Below, in pieces: positions 43,015 to 57,440 of a stretch of DNA of 64,000 nt; positions within the stretch are counted from its first letter, which is position 1, and each line of letters begins with the position of its first letter. A program made the translations under genes and the position numbers. The notes under the pieces were generated by a model that did not search any database, was not told the DNA's origin, and saw only the letters and a list, made by a program, of their open reading frames with translations. The DNA lies in the NCBI GenBank assembly GCA_964016885.1, contig OZ024748.1, positions 1,116,001-1,180,000 on the forward strand, in the 5' to 3' direction. This stretch comes from Eledone cirrhosa (Eukaryota).

Positions 43015-43825
43015 ATGTCAACTCTGGATGTCGGTGAGAATGTCCAGTTAACCTCAGTCTCCTGTGTCACCTTTGAGCTGACTCTTGGGAGGCTCCCATG
43101 CAGCTCTGAGTTTTTCATCCTCAGTGTATACTGATTAATGTTCAGAGCCATCCTCAGCATTCTCGTGTAGCACCCATCCACCATCTGAGTGAGTTTCTTG
43201 GTCAGTGTCCCAGTCTCAGATCCGTACAGCAGCACAGACTCCACTACAGCAATGAAGAGGCGGATCTTCAGGTCTTCACGAAGGTCCGACTTCCACACCG
43301 ATCTCAAGCTGTGGCACGCCGCCCAGGCTTTGCTCTTCCTCTCAACCACATCATCTTCCGTATTCCCAATCTTTGCTCCCAAATACAGGAAGTCCTCAAC
43401 CAATTCTAGCGGCTTCCCGACTACATTAGTGATCCCCTCTGGCCTCTCAACATTCTCTACCAGATATTTTGTTTTAGTCTCATTCATTCTCAGCCCCACA
43501 CTCATCAACACAGTCTCAACCTCCTGCATCAAATCCTCTGCCTCCTTCACTGTATTTGTATTTGTCGTCGGCAAATTCAGCATCTGATATCTTTTGGGCC
43601 TTAACTCTCCTGCTCAGAGCCGACATCCAGAGTTGACATTGCACTCAGTGCTCCTGTGGGAGCCCCTACATGGACACACTGGAAGAGGAAGCCCAAGGTT
43701 AACGTATGTTGATGCCCTAAGGTCAGACACTGGTCTGTTGGAAACGCAGGACATGGCAGCGATAATGAGGGACAGAGACCGCTGGAGAGAACTCGTCCAT
43801 GGATCTCGGGAATTTTACCCGCCCT
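43015..43825 (+). mobile_element. RTE-clade LINE 3' fragment with 5' inversion (RT C-terminal region)
   Basis: 43015-43590 (-) encodes VGLRMNETKTKY...VEDFLYLG...[10 protein letters not shown]; 43620-43825 (+) encodes [18 protein letters not shown]...REFYPP; a 20-bp overlap is in both arms. Confidence 0.92.
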
Positions 43826-44373
43826 ATATATATATATATATACACATATGTATATGTGTGTGTTGTGTATATACATATATATGTGTGTGTGTTTGTGTAT
43901 ATGTGCGTCTATACGTATGCACAGATTTATATATACACACATACATAGATATTCACATGCATATATGCCTTCATACATACAAACGTATATGTATGCATAC
44001 ACACACGCATACATACACTCACACATACATACATACACACACACATGCATACATACAGACACATACATACACACACACGCACATACATACATACACATAC
44101 ATGCACACACACACGCACATACATACATACATAAGTGATTTATAGAATGATTGATTTGCACTGTTTGTGTGTTTATATTTACAATGTTCCGTCTCTCTGT
44201 TGAACTAGAGAATAAATGGAGGTAAATAAGGTAGGACTGTGATATATTGAATAGAGAGATTGATTAGAGATCGATATAGAGGCAAAGAGAGGAGAAAAAT
44301 CAATGAAATGTTCAGCAAACGTTCTCGCCATAAAAATGGTAAATGTTTGGGTCGTATATATATATATACATAT

Positions 44374-44439
<66 letters not shown>

Positions 44440-44790
44440 AGTATGTATGTATATAAATGTGTATGTATGTATATGTATATATCTATATGTGTATATATTT
44501 ATATATATATATATATGTGTGTGTATATGTATTGTATATGTATATATGTATGTGTATATATATGTAAGTGTATAAATATATATATGCGTGTATATATATA
44601 AATGTGTGTATATATATATGTGTATATATATATATGTATATATATATGTGTGTGTATATATACGTATATAGATAGATATGTATATATATATATGTATATT
44701 TATAAATGTGTGTGTATATATACGTATATAGATATATATGTATATATATATATGTATATTTATATATGTATATATATATGTATATATATG

Positions 44791-44857
<67 letters not shown>

Positions 44858-44952
44858 AAATATGTGTGTGTATACATATGTATATATATATATAAAATAT
44901 ACGTAATAAACAACGATATCGAAATCGTCTGTTTTTTCAATGAAAATAAATA

Positions 44953-45167
44953 ATGGTTTCTTATATAGGCACAAGGCCAGTAATTTGGGGGGAGGGGAAA
45001 GTCGATTAAATCGACCCCAGTGCGTGACTGGTACTTTATTTTATCGACCCCATAAGGATGAAAGGCAAAGTTAACCTCGTCGGCGGGATTTGAACTCAGA
45101 TCATAAAGAACCGTAACTCTATGCTGCAAAGCATGGCGTCCGACCCTCTACCGATACTGCCAATCCA
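44953..45167 (-). mobile_element. Near full-length Meta-domain SINE
   Basis: All diagnostic motifs present. Confidence 0.88.
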
Positions 45168-45763
45168 TGAAAGATGTTTCTGTCGTGTGTGTTAAGTATT
45201 GTTTTATTAGTTGTCTTTCTTTAATGTAAATGTTATAATATAATCTGGACATTGTACAACAGGAAATGAACGAATAAACAAATAGAGCAGATTCGTTAAA
45301 CCGCCTTTGTGATTGGTCAGATAACGTGGAACGGTGTTGAAGCAATGAAACAAAAAAATAACAATTTTGCCTGCATTCATGCATTCATGCAGAATGCAGA
45401 TAATTACATAAGTCATGTTATATGTATATTAAAGCTACGGCCGTCTGTTGAAATCGAGGGTGACGTGGTAGTGTGTATATACTCTGCAGTGGCTAGGCTA
45501 ATAGATTTTAGGACATGTCAAACCTGTCAACTCTCCCCGTCCAACGATAAGATCTCCCACCGACTTTGGGGTGGGTGAGAGATATCTTCTCTTCTGAAAA
45601 TTGGTATAGCATTCATTATGTAAAATCTCCCTATTTTTCCTCATTTCTCCCTCTTTTGGGGCACTTTTTTTTATGGTACTCCTCGTTTGGGTTTTTATAG
45701 GTTGGCAGGTCTGTGTATTCATGAGCATACACTGATACCCTTAATACAGTGGAACATCTAAGG

Positions 45764-45915
45764 CAGGCATGGGTAACCTTTTTTCGAGCTGTAGGCCGCA
45801 TAGGATGTGGCTCATCATATCAGAAGGCAAGACGCACTACTAAAAACTTCCAACCAATTTTAAAACTAGGCGTGCCATTCAAAGAGCCAAATGAGCCACG
45901 GTTTGCTCATGACTA
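45764..45915. mobile_element. hAT/Charlie-like MITE
   Basis: Degenerate TIRs CAGGCATGGGTAACC / GGTTTGCTCATGACTA and an 8-bp TSD ATCTAAGG / ATCTAGGG. Confidence 0.7.
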
Positions 45916-46335
45916 ATCTAGGGTGTGACAAAAGGAGACAAAAGGCCTGCACTAGACCTGGGAAGTCACTTTTTTTATTTATTGACATTGAAAGGAAGAA
46001 GGACAAAGTAGACCTTTGCAGGATTTGAACGCAGCGCCGAGGGAGTCGTTATAAATATACTAATACATTTCAGCTGATCTTCTCATGCGTCCGCCATTTT
46101 TGTTTGAGAATGAGAGATGAGAAACTCTGAATATATATACATATATACATAGGTTTATCTCTATATATATGTATATATATATGTATATATGTATATATAT
46201 ATGTATATATGTATATATCTGTATATATATGTGTGTATATATGTATATATATATTCATATATATGTATATATGTGTATGTATATATACGTATATATATGT
46301 ATGTATATATATGTATAAATATATATATGTATATA

Positions 46336-46368
<33 letters not shown>

Positions 46369-46518
46369 ATATATATGTTTGTATATATGCATATATGTAT
46401 ATATGTATGTATGTACATATATATATGAATAAAAATAGACAAGGGTTAAAATGTCCTCTTCAGTAGTCTTCTGATTTATCGTTGGAATTTCGACGCATTA
46501 AAGACTATATGCACACAC

Positions 46519-46597
<79 letters not shown>

Positions 46598-46613
46598 TGT
46601 GTGTGCATATAGT

Positions 46614-46660
<47 letters not shown>

Positions 46661-46955
46661 TATAATATGAACCAAACATTCAACATTGTTGACGATATAG
46701 ACTGATATAAACGTTTGTACGTGTGTGTGCATGTTTGTGTGTATGGGTGTGAGTGTGTGCGTGTCTGTGTGTGTGTGTGTGCGAATGCGTGTCTTTAGTG
46801 AGGTAGTGGTTAAATATTTAGTGTGCATAGATTGTCTTGTGTTTTAAATTGGGAAAACCAGGAGATGTGTTTAGAGAATAAATATACACTCACCAATATA
46901 CACTCACACCTGAATGAACAGGTAATGTGTGTGGGTATATATATATATATGTGTG

Positions 46956-47767
<812 letters not shown>

Positions 47768-47796
47768 CACACACATATATATATATATATACATAT

Positions 47797-47833
<37 letters not shown>

Positions 47834-47866
47834 CACACACATATATATATATACATATAAACATAT

Positions 47867-47922
<56 letters not shown>

Positions 47923-48346
47923 ATATATATTTATATATACATACATATATATATACATATATACATATACACACACATATATATATATGTATATATATAT
48001 ATGCTTATATATATATACATATATATGTAGAAGATATATTTAATTTGTTGGGATACAACAAGCAAATATTTTTATAACTGATATAAAGCACTCAACAAAT
48101 TATTTCGAGTAAAAATACAATATATTAACAAATGGAAACTTTAATTATAAAACCATATTTATTTCATTATACATATTTCAAGGACACCAAAGCAAATTAT
48201 GGTGTGCTTTCACCAGATAAAATATAATATAGATCAGTTTTATAAACAAATATTGACATACCCTTAAAGAATGCGACCATGTCGGTTGGAAGGTATTGTA
48301 TATACATATTGTATATGTATATACAATATACAGGTATTGTATATAC

Positions 48347-48451
<105 letters not shown>

Positions 48452-49215
48452 CACACACACATATATATGTATATATATATATATATGTGTGTATATATAT
48501 ATGTGTGCGAGTGTTTGTCTGGACTTAACAGTACTAAGTAATATATCGTCTGCTCCTGGTCACAGCCGACACCCAGTCAGATGATTCTGTCAGACAACAT
48601 GTCTGTCCTCAGTCGACAGTGATGTATAGTACAGAGTAATATGATCAACCAGACAGAACCCCTTCCCTACCTTTGTGGAGGGGGATGTGAGGTGGGGGCA
48701 TCACATCTGCTTCTAATCTTGGAATTCCTTGTAGAAGAGGACTGTTTATGGAGTATGTTCCGTGTATGTCTATAGATTGTGCTGCATTATATATATATGT
48801 ACATACCAATGATGGTTGGAAAATCACTGACGAAGGACTATTTTTATCATATGTAACCCATGTGCAAACCACGCAGTATTCTTCTTTCTTCTCATGTTTT
48901 TTATATATGTATATATATATATATATATATAAGTTTGTGTGTGCGCGCGTGTACCGCGGTAAACGGATATTTCAGAAGTGGTTGACAAGCAGCTCCCCGC
49001 CCACAATTCCTCACGAATGAAATGTGTCCCAGACACACAGAGTATATTAATAGTTAGTTAGGATAAAGTCTCAATTGTTCTGGATAGCCAGAGGGGATAG
49101 GAGGGTGTGGGAGGGATAGGAAGAGGGGAAGAGACTGCGGCAATATGGTGTCGTAATTACCACGCATACACAAACATATGCACGCCTAAACAAACAAACA
49201 CACACAGACACATTC

Positions 49216-49289
<74 letters not shown>

Positions 49290-49298
49290 GAATGTCTA

Positions 49299-49329
<31 letters not shown>

Positions 49330-49383
49330 GTGGTAGAACACTGGAAGGTGATATCCGTAGTGGTAGAGCACTCAGTCCATGGG

Positions 49384-49474
49384 ACGAGTTAGGTAGAAGT
49401 GGTTACACAACAGTTAGTTCACCATATCGAGAACAATTGTTCTCGGTATGGTGAACTAACTGTTGTGTAACCAC

Positions 49475-49479
<5 letters not shown>
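49384..49479. repeat. Near-perfect ~95-bp palindrome centred on ACAATTGT
   Basis: TAGAAGTGGTTACACAACAGTTAGTTCACCATATCGAGAACAA|TTGTTCTCGGTATGGTGAACTAACTGTTGTGTAACCACTTCTA. Confidence 0.9.
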
Positions 49480-49528
<49 letters not shown>

Positions 49529-50583
49529 AGCTCTAATTAAATACCTCTGTTCTATACATAGAGCAGTCTTTTTTCCTTTGCATTTTCTTCGAAATTACCT
49601 AACACGCACCTATATATATATATATATATGCGTGTGTGTGTCAACACAAGAGCAAGAATTTCGAGGTTATTCTACACACATGGCTTATAGAGGCTGTTTG
49701 TATAATTGCAAACGAATCAAATATTATGATTGATATTCGAAAACCCCTGATTTACATTTCTTGTACTCAGCCATGTAGAGCGACAAAACTATTCACTAGT
49801 TATATATATATAAAACAAAGAAAGTGTGGTAAGATACCAGGTGGACCATAATGCACCAGGGTACTCAATACTTGGGGTAGTAGAGTGGGTAATAGGAGAA
49901 GAGTCAGGACCGCGCGGCTGATCTTCGGCCGTCTCGAAAGCTTAATCTGTTCGGCTCTAGCGGTTGAAACGGCCGGAGCTCAGCCGTCGAGGTCCTGACT
50001 CTTCTCCTATACATATACTTATGCATATATATACATACATGCACAGAAATACACACACACGCATGTTTGTTTATTGAAATGTCGAATGATAAAAATGTAC
50101 TTATATAATGCCCTAAATATTTAATAGACAACCCCCCCCCCCCCCCGACACCCACACCTACCTTTCACATCTATCATTTATCTAATCCGATTATCTCCCT
50201 TGTTTTTGTTTACTCTCTCACTAATCCTAACATATTAAGGTAGCCACATGTAAGATACTCTTACATAAGTAGCATTATTGGGGGCTAGGGAGGGGCAAAT
50301 ATAGAATATTACACAATTGGGGCAGTAAGATCCAATGTGGAATTAGTGAAAATAGGGCAACTGAAAATTCATAACGCAATGTTTGCGTACATATATGTAT
50401 CTAACCCTCACCAGCCACCTTGTTTTCATTCAATTTCGCGCATTAATGTTATATTGTATCAGTAGTGCCAATTTATGTAACAGATTGGAGAGCCGCTTTC
50501 TTGGTAAGTTACCCGGTTCTGTCAATCAAGTACCCTTAAATACTGACTTTAATTTAGACACTGAGTCAGAAAAGTTTGGGTGA

Positions 50584-50694
50584 AGTGTGAATATTAATAA
50601 ACGAAATACACTGACCCAGTGTGAATATTAATAAACGAAATACACTTACCCAGTGTGAATATTAATAAACGAAATACACTTACCCAGTGTGAAT
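50584..50694 (-). repeat. 34-bp tandem repeat (3 copies) duplicating the splice donor
   Basis: ACACTGG|GTAAGT at 50684 and 50650; ACACTGG|GTCAGT at 50616. Confidence 0.9.
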
Positions 50695-50861
50695 ACGATC
50701 ATGGGGCTTAGTTTTCCATCTCCTCCATTACTGTAAGCAAGTACTCTGAGGTTGTATATGAGACCCTTACGTATGCCGTGTATTACACCTAAGTTGGTGT
50801 CACGTGGCATTCTATAGTCACGTGCCGTTCCGATGTCATTGTTCATCATCCACACCCGGAC
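50684..50861 (-). CDS. CNTN: Contactin-like exon, FN3-4 second half
   Basis: CAG|VRVWMMNNDIGTARDY...GLIYNLRVLAYSNGGDGKLSPMIVFTL(G)|GTAAGT; 178 nt, phase 0 to 1. Confidence 0.92.
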
Positions 50862-50904
50862 CTGTGGATCAGATAAATGTGGGACCTCGTTAGAGGCTGA
50901 CGTA

Positions 50905-51115
50905 GCGGGTGGACGGGTGGGTGGAGGGAGGGAAGGTGGACGGGGGTGGAGGGAGAGAAGGTGGACGGGTGGGTGGAGGGAGGGAAGGTGGACGGGTGGT
51001 GGAGGGAGAGAAGGTGGACGGGTGGGTGGAGGGAGGGAAGGTGGACGGGTGGTGAAGGGAGAGAAGGTGGACGGGTGGGTGGAGGGAGGGAAGGTGGAAG
51101 GGTGGATAGGGAGGG
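50905..51115. repeat. G-rich ~28-bp intronic tandem repeat
   Basis: GGTGGACGGGTGGGTGGAGGGAG(G/A)GAA, about 7 copies. Confidence 0.9.
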
Positions 51116-51207
51116 ACCGAGTAAAAGCAGCTCTGTGAGTCACCATAGATAACAAAGGGTAGCTCTGTGGGTTACCAGAGACAGTAGGAGTTTTACACTA
51201 TCCTTAC

Positions 51208-51323
51208 CTTGTAACCTTTCAAAGCTTCCTCTGTGTTTCCAGTTGATATTCCCCTCCAAGTGACCTTAACACTGTTCGGTCCGTGACTCTTCACTCGAAT
51301 AATCCGTGGGAATAAAAGTGGTG
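51208..51323 (-). CDS. CNTN: Contactin-like exon, FN3-4 first half
   Basis: TTGCAG|(A)PLLFPRIIRVKSHGPNSVKVTWRGISTGNTEEALKGYK|GTAAGG; 116 nt, phase 1 to 0. Confidence 0.92.
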
Positions 51324-51379
51324 CTGCAATTAGAAAGTGTACATACACCATTAGCTTCTACACGCACTGTTCTACAACT

Positions 51380-51935
51380 ATGCACCATCTACACTCATCC
51401 TACACCACCTACACTTAAGCTATACTCAGCCTACACCACCTACACTTAAGCTACACTCAGCCTACACCACCTGCACTCAATTTACACCGCCTACACTCAA
51501 CCTACACCACCTACACTCAATTTATACCACCTACACTCAACTTACACTGCCTACAATCAGCCTACACCACCTACACTCAACCTACATCACCTACACTCAA
51601 TTTACACCACCTACACTCAACCTACACCACCTACACTCAGTCTACACTACCTACACTCAACCGACACCATCTGCACTCAACCTACACCACCTACACCACC
51701 TACACTCAATTTATACCACCTACACTCAATTTATTCCACCTACACTCAACTTACACTGCTTACAATCAGCCTACACCACCTACACTCAACCTACATCACC
51801 ACACTCAATTTACACCACATACACTCAACCTACACCACCTACACTTAAGCTACACTCCATCTTCACCACCTACACCACCTACACTCAACCTACACCACCT
51901 ACACTCAGTCTACACTACCTACACTCAGCCTACAC
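51380..51935. repeat. 20-bp minisatellite (CTACACCACCTACACTCAAC)
   Basis: Seen directly. Confidence 0.9.
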
Positions 51936-51998
51936 TGGTACTGGGATGCCCTGGCCCATTCCTGCTGTAGAGCTGGACATTCATACACATACACTTAC

Positions 51999-52188
51999 CT
52001 TCACCTTTAGTAGTAATTGTGGCCCTGGTACTGGGAGGCCCTGGGCCAGCGCTGTTGTAGACCTGGACATACATGAAGTGGTCAGAATCATAATATCTGA
52101 GGCTAGTTATTAAACCCCAGCTAACTTGACCGGGATATGAAACGCCAGTTACTAAGGGGTCAGCTTCCCATCTGTTCCAGTAGGTGAT
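51999..52188 (-). CDS. CNTN: Contactin-like exon, FN3-3 second half
   Basis: TTTTAG|ITYWNRWEADPLVTGVSYPGQVSWGLITSLRLYDSDHFMYVQVYNSAGPGPPSTRATITTKGE|GTAAGT; 190 nt, phase 0 to 1. Confidence 0.92.
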
Positions 52189-52477
52189 CTAAAAGCAAAC
52201 ATGAAATATTATCATCCCGTGTGTAGGGAGAGGGGTAGTACATGTATATAGTCTAAGTATCCACAGTCACTGGTTCAGAGAGAACCAGTGAACTATGATC
52301 TCCATGGTATAGTCAAGGTTCACTGGAAACCTGATGCAAGATCTGAGGCCAGGGAGATCCATAGTTGTCGTTAATGTGCTAATGAGTGCAAGTCTCTAGC
52401 AAGCTTGAAAATCCATATCCGAGCGTCACACATCTGAATCTGACAAGCGATTGCAATACTCTTAGCGTAAGTTTGCA

Positions 52478-52510
<33 letters not shown>

Positions 52511-52705
52511 GGAAAATGTATGACCCCGACGGCAGAGCTCAAGCCGTTTCGACGGCTATTTCTGGACTAGTCCAGAAATAGCTGGGGAAACGGCTTGAGT
52601 TCTGTCGTGGGGTCATACATTTTCCTATTTCCCACTCTACTACCCTAAGTATTGAGTACTCTGGTGCGTTATGGTCTATCTGGTTCCTTACCACAATTCC
52701 TTTGT

Positions 52706-52736
<31 letters not shown>

Positions 52737-52761
52737 TTGCTCTTATGTTGGCATATAAACA

Positions 52762-52811
52762 GAACTGCAGACACTAATATTTCTGTGTATTAACCTTCAT
52801 CAGTGCAGTTC
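52762..52811 (-). ncRNA. Minimal type I hammerhead in a contactin intron, sense to the pre-mRNA
   Basis: Reverse complement: GAACTGCA CTGATGA aggttaatacaca GAAATATTAGTGTC TGCAGTTC. Perfect 8-bp stem I, intact core, quasi-palindromic stem III with GU pairs, GUC site; stem II is weak. Confidence 0.75.
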
Positions 52812-52820
52812 ACACACACA

Positions 52821-52859
<39 letters not shown>

Positions 52860-53023
52860 CGTGAGTTCTGTTATTATTTCTGGCAATATTATTACAACAA
52901 TATACCCTCCCCAAGTATAACAATATCTGTTTTGACACACGATTTCATATCAAAAACCTCGCAAAACAAATTCATCGCCGTCATATATATATATATATAT
53001 ATATATACCTATATATATATATA

Positions 53024-53116
<93 letters not shown>

Positions 53117-53410
53117 ATATATATATATACCTATATATATATATATATACCTATATATATATATACCTATATATATATATATATACCTATATATATATAC
53201 CTATATATATATATATACCTATATATATATATATATACCTATATATATATATATATACCTATATATATATATATATATACCTATATATATATATATATAT
53301 ACCTATATATATATACCTATATATATATATATATATATATATACCTATATATAGGTAATCAATGAACCATATTAATCTTTGGTTATATATATATATATAT
53401 ATATATACCT

Positions 53411-53516
<106 letters not shown>

Positions 53517-53859
53517 ATTTACATATACAAACTAAACAAAGTCATAGATATATATGTGTTTTGGCAACTATTCACGATGAGGCTCAATGAAGAATGAATA
53601 AATTAAATAATCAGAGCAATATACTATATCTGTGACTTTGTTTAGTTTGTATATGTAAATCTTTATATTTAATAATCTCCCATAAGGTTGAGATGCAATT
53701 TGGGCAATATTAGGCTGCGCTTTCTAGCAACCAACCTACTCGCCGTAAGCAACCAATCACATTCTTTCTGACTTGACCACTGCCACGTCACGATTCTTAG
53801 ACATTGTGAATTTGTGTTTGGCGGGGACCACTTTAGAAAATAATCTGTCCTAACGAGTT

Positions 53860-53941
53860 TGTCTCCTGATGAGTTCGAAGCTCAAGATTTTATCCTTAAT
53901 AGGATATCTCAAAATGCGAACGAAACCCGAGGATAGGGACA
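53860..53941 (+). ncRNA. Type I hammerhead motif with long stem II
   Basis: TGTCTC CTGATGA GTTCG..CGAAC GAAACCCGAGGATA GGGACA. Core intact; one C-A mismatch in stem III. Confidence 0.7.
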
Positions 53942-54281
53942 TAATCCTGGTATGTATATAAGCATTTCTTCTAACTTTAATTTTATACCTAATTGTGTAT
54001 GGTTGACCGTATATTTAATCGATTTCCACGTGCTGTTGAAATGTTGGGTAAAAACTCTATGCCGGTTGGCCGCGAAGAGATTGCTATCGTTTATTTATTT
54101 ACTATTTCTTCATAGGTGCCTTTTAATCTTATAACCTGGTCTAATTGATTTTTTGTGTGGTTAATTATGGTAATTGGGAGAGGAAATGGTGTATATATAT
54201 TATCAAATGATTCTATGGACATACTATATAGTATATATATATATATACACACACATATATATATATAATGTAAAATGAAAT

Positions 54282-54316
<35 letters not shown>

Positions 54317-54317
<1 letters not shown>

Positions 54318-54760
54318 GATATTAAATAAATGGAAACTATATTTATAAAACCATATTTATTTCATTATATATATTTCAGGGATATCATATTAACAATATG
54401 CTATGCCTTCCTCAGACAAAATACAATATAGACAGTTTTATAGATAAATAGATTTGACATACCGTACAACATCGACTTGTATTTGAAAAGTTGAATTGGC
54501 AGTATTCAATTGGCAGTTGTACGGTATGTCAAATCTATTTATCTATAAAACTGTCTATATTGTATTTTGTCTGAGGAAGGCATAGCATATTGTTAATATG
54601 ATATCCCTGAAATATATATAATGAAATAAATATGGTTTTATAAATATAGTTTCCATTTATTTAATATCGTAAATATACTCCAAATACTTGTCGAGTGCTT
54701 TTATATCAGTTATAAATATTTACTAGTTGTAACCCAACAATTTAAATATAACTTTCCATA
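54317..54760. mobile_element. (TA)n-flanked fold-back element with ~150-bp arms; diverged relative at ~48020-48290
   Basis: 54316-54469 is inverted at 54516-54670. Confidence 0.8.
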
Positions 54761-54901
54761 TATATATATATATATATATTCAAATTTCATTTTACATTAT
54801 TTACATGTTTGTGAATATTTTAATCATTTAAAAATCCCTTTTAAGTGAACATGACCCAACGGGTCACGGGTAGTCAAGTACATTAATCACTATTGTGTGA
54901 G

Positions 54902-54947
<46 letters not shown>

Positions 54948-55025
54948 AAAGCTGTGTTAGTGATATATCAAGTAAGATGATAAGGAGAGGCAGAGTGTAC
55001 AGTAAACTGTTGTTGGTAAACTTAC

Positions 55026-55147
55026 AATATACCCGGCCACTTTGCCTTTCACCGTCTCCCGATTCTCGGACACAGGGCTCCACGTGACATTGATGGCCGA
55101 TTCATTGTACCCGTAGCCCCCAATACCTGTTGGAACTGCCACTGGTA
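55026..55147 (-). CDS. CNTN: Contactin-like exon, FN3-3 first half
   Basis: TTTCAG|(L)PVAVPTGIGGYGYNESAINVTWSPVSENRETVKGKVAGYI|GTAAGT; 122 nt, phase 1 to 0. Confidence 0.92.
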
Positions 55148-55441
55148 CTGAAATATAAAGGGGGAAATAGTGGGGGTTAAATAAGGTGAAGGATACATAG
55201 ATGTTAGTAGTAGTAGTGGTGGTGGTGGTGGTGCGGTGGTGGTGGTGGTAGTGGTGGTGGTGGTAGTAGTGGTGGTGGTAGTGGTGGGGTGGTGGTGGCG
55301 GTGGCGGCGGTGGTGGTGGTGGTGGTAGTGATGGTGGTGGTAGTAGTGCGGGTGGTGGTGGTGGTGGTGGCGGTGGTGGTGGTGGTGGTGGTGGTGGTGG
55401 TGTGGGTGGTGGTGATAGTGGTAGTAGTAGTAGTGGTATTG

Positions 55442-55495
<54 letters not shown>

Positions 55496-56021
55496 TAGTA
55501 GAAAGAAAAAAGAAAGAAAAATGCTGAAGATCCATAATAGAATGGAAGAGAGGAAGAGGAGAGAGACAAAGAAAGAGAGGGGGACACAGTAAGAGAGAGA
55601 AAGAGAGAGGGGGAGACAGTGAGAGAGAGAGAGAGAGAGAGGGTGAAGGTATAGAGATATGAGAAAGGTAGTAAGGTGAAAGAGAAAGATAGAAAGAGAG
55701 AGAGGGTGAAAAAGAGAGACAGGGAGATAGAGAGAGAGTGAAGGCAGAGAGAGTGAGAGTGACGTATATCTGTGTTAATATGGTGCGCCTAGGGGAACGA
55801 AATGATTATCTCAGTTAATCCTGATTATATTTATTGTTATATAACAACAACAATAGCTCTATATACACCACACTATAGCAGTGAACGAGTGTTTATTCAG
55901 CACTTAGTAATAATATATAGCCACTGTGCTCAAAATAGAATCTATATACATCAGCACCACCGTCTACAGCTTGTAATGAAATACTTTAATCAGCTTTCAG
56001 TATATACAGTATATATATATA

Positions 56022-56122
<101 letters not shown>

Positions 56123-56500
56123 TCGCTTAAAGTGCTTGTATTGTATGTAATACCCTGCCATACAGTACTCATATATGCATGATACCTTTGCTTGTTCCAT
56201 TCCTTGATATATGACTAACACATGTACTATCTCTCTAATTTAAGTATTAGACTATTCTCTTGTATTATCTGTATTATGTGTATTATCTGACGCATGTATT
56301 CCACCCTATGCTTTTAATTTTAATTTTAATTTTAATTTTAATCTTAATTTGAATTATTGTACAATTCTCGTATAATATAATATATGTCGCATCCATTCCA
56401 CACTGTAAACATGAAACTGTTGTCCACAACATCAATATATATGTATCTGTATGATTCTTCAGTTGAATAGGAGGTTAATTATATGTACAAACATTGATAA

Positions 56501-56547
56501 TGCTCCGAGGACTCCAAGCCTAAGTTTGGAAGAAACAATTGTCAGCG
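56501..56547 (+). ncRNA. Minimal hammerhead motif with U4C change
   Basis: TGCT CCGAGGA c TCCAA gcctaagt TTGGA a GAA ACAATTGT C AGCG; palindromic stem III, GUC site. Confidence 0.7.
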
Positions 56548-56582
56548 ATTAAATGTTTTAAACATAACTTTGATACTTGTGT

Positions 56583-56613
<31 letters not shown>

Positions 56614-56849
56614 TTCCAGGGTCGGGGTATAATTTTCAATCATATTTTAGTATTTGTATTGACCCGAATAGCTTGGTTGCTTCTATGGCTCTGCGGTTCA
56701 TGGTTTAACCATCGTCTCAGTGTGTTTGGCCTTTTAACTTATGTTGTTGTTCTAGTTCACTAGTTTCTATGGAGCGGTTGCCACACATCTCGGAAGTTGT
56801 TTTTCGCTAATTGACAATAGCCGAAATACGATTCTCGCTAATTTATATT

Positions 56850-56903
<54 letters not shown>

Positions 56904-57051
56904 TAACAGATTAAAGTTTAAGCAAAGGATTCTTTGCTTAAACTTTAATCTGTTATTTTAATAAATATTTGCTCTACGGTTCTTATATATTTGATATATA
57001 TTTATCCTTATCGAGCCCTCTTTGGATTTTAGTCTTCAAATTTATTATTAT

Positions 57052-57094
<43 letters not shown>

Positions 57095-57097
57095 CTG

Positions 57098-57169
<72 letters not shown>

Positions 57170-57292
57170 CACGCGTGTGAGCATGTGTGTGTGTATGTAT
57201 ATATTACACGCATACTTACTCACATACACACAGGGACACATATATAAACAGGTATTACCAGAAGACAGTGTGATATAAGAGAGAATACTTAC

Positions 57293-57440
57293 AGTCTTCT
57301 GCCGAATAAGCAGTGACAATAGATGAGTTGGGCCCAAGGCCGATGTTGTTGAATGCCTGAACTTGAACCTCATATTTCGTGTAGAATTTACTGCGACCCA
57401 CATAGGTAGAAAACTGGTCCACGTCTTCTTTTAGTGTTTT
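57293..57440 (-). CDS. CNTN: Contactin-like exon, FN3-2 end
   Basis: TTTAAAG|KTLKEDVDQFSTYVGRSKFYTKYEVQVQAFNNIGLGPNSSIVTAYSAED|GTAAGT; 148 nt, phase 0 to 1; YSAED is typical of contactins. Confidence 0.93.
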
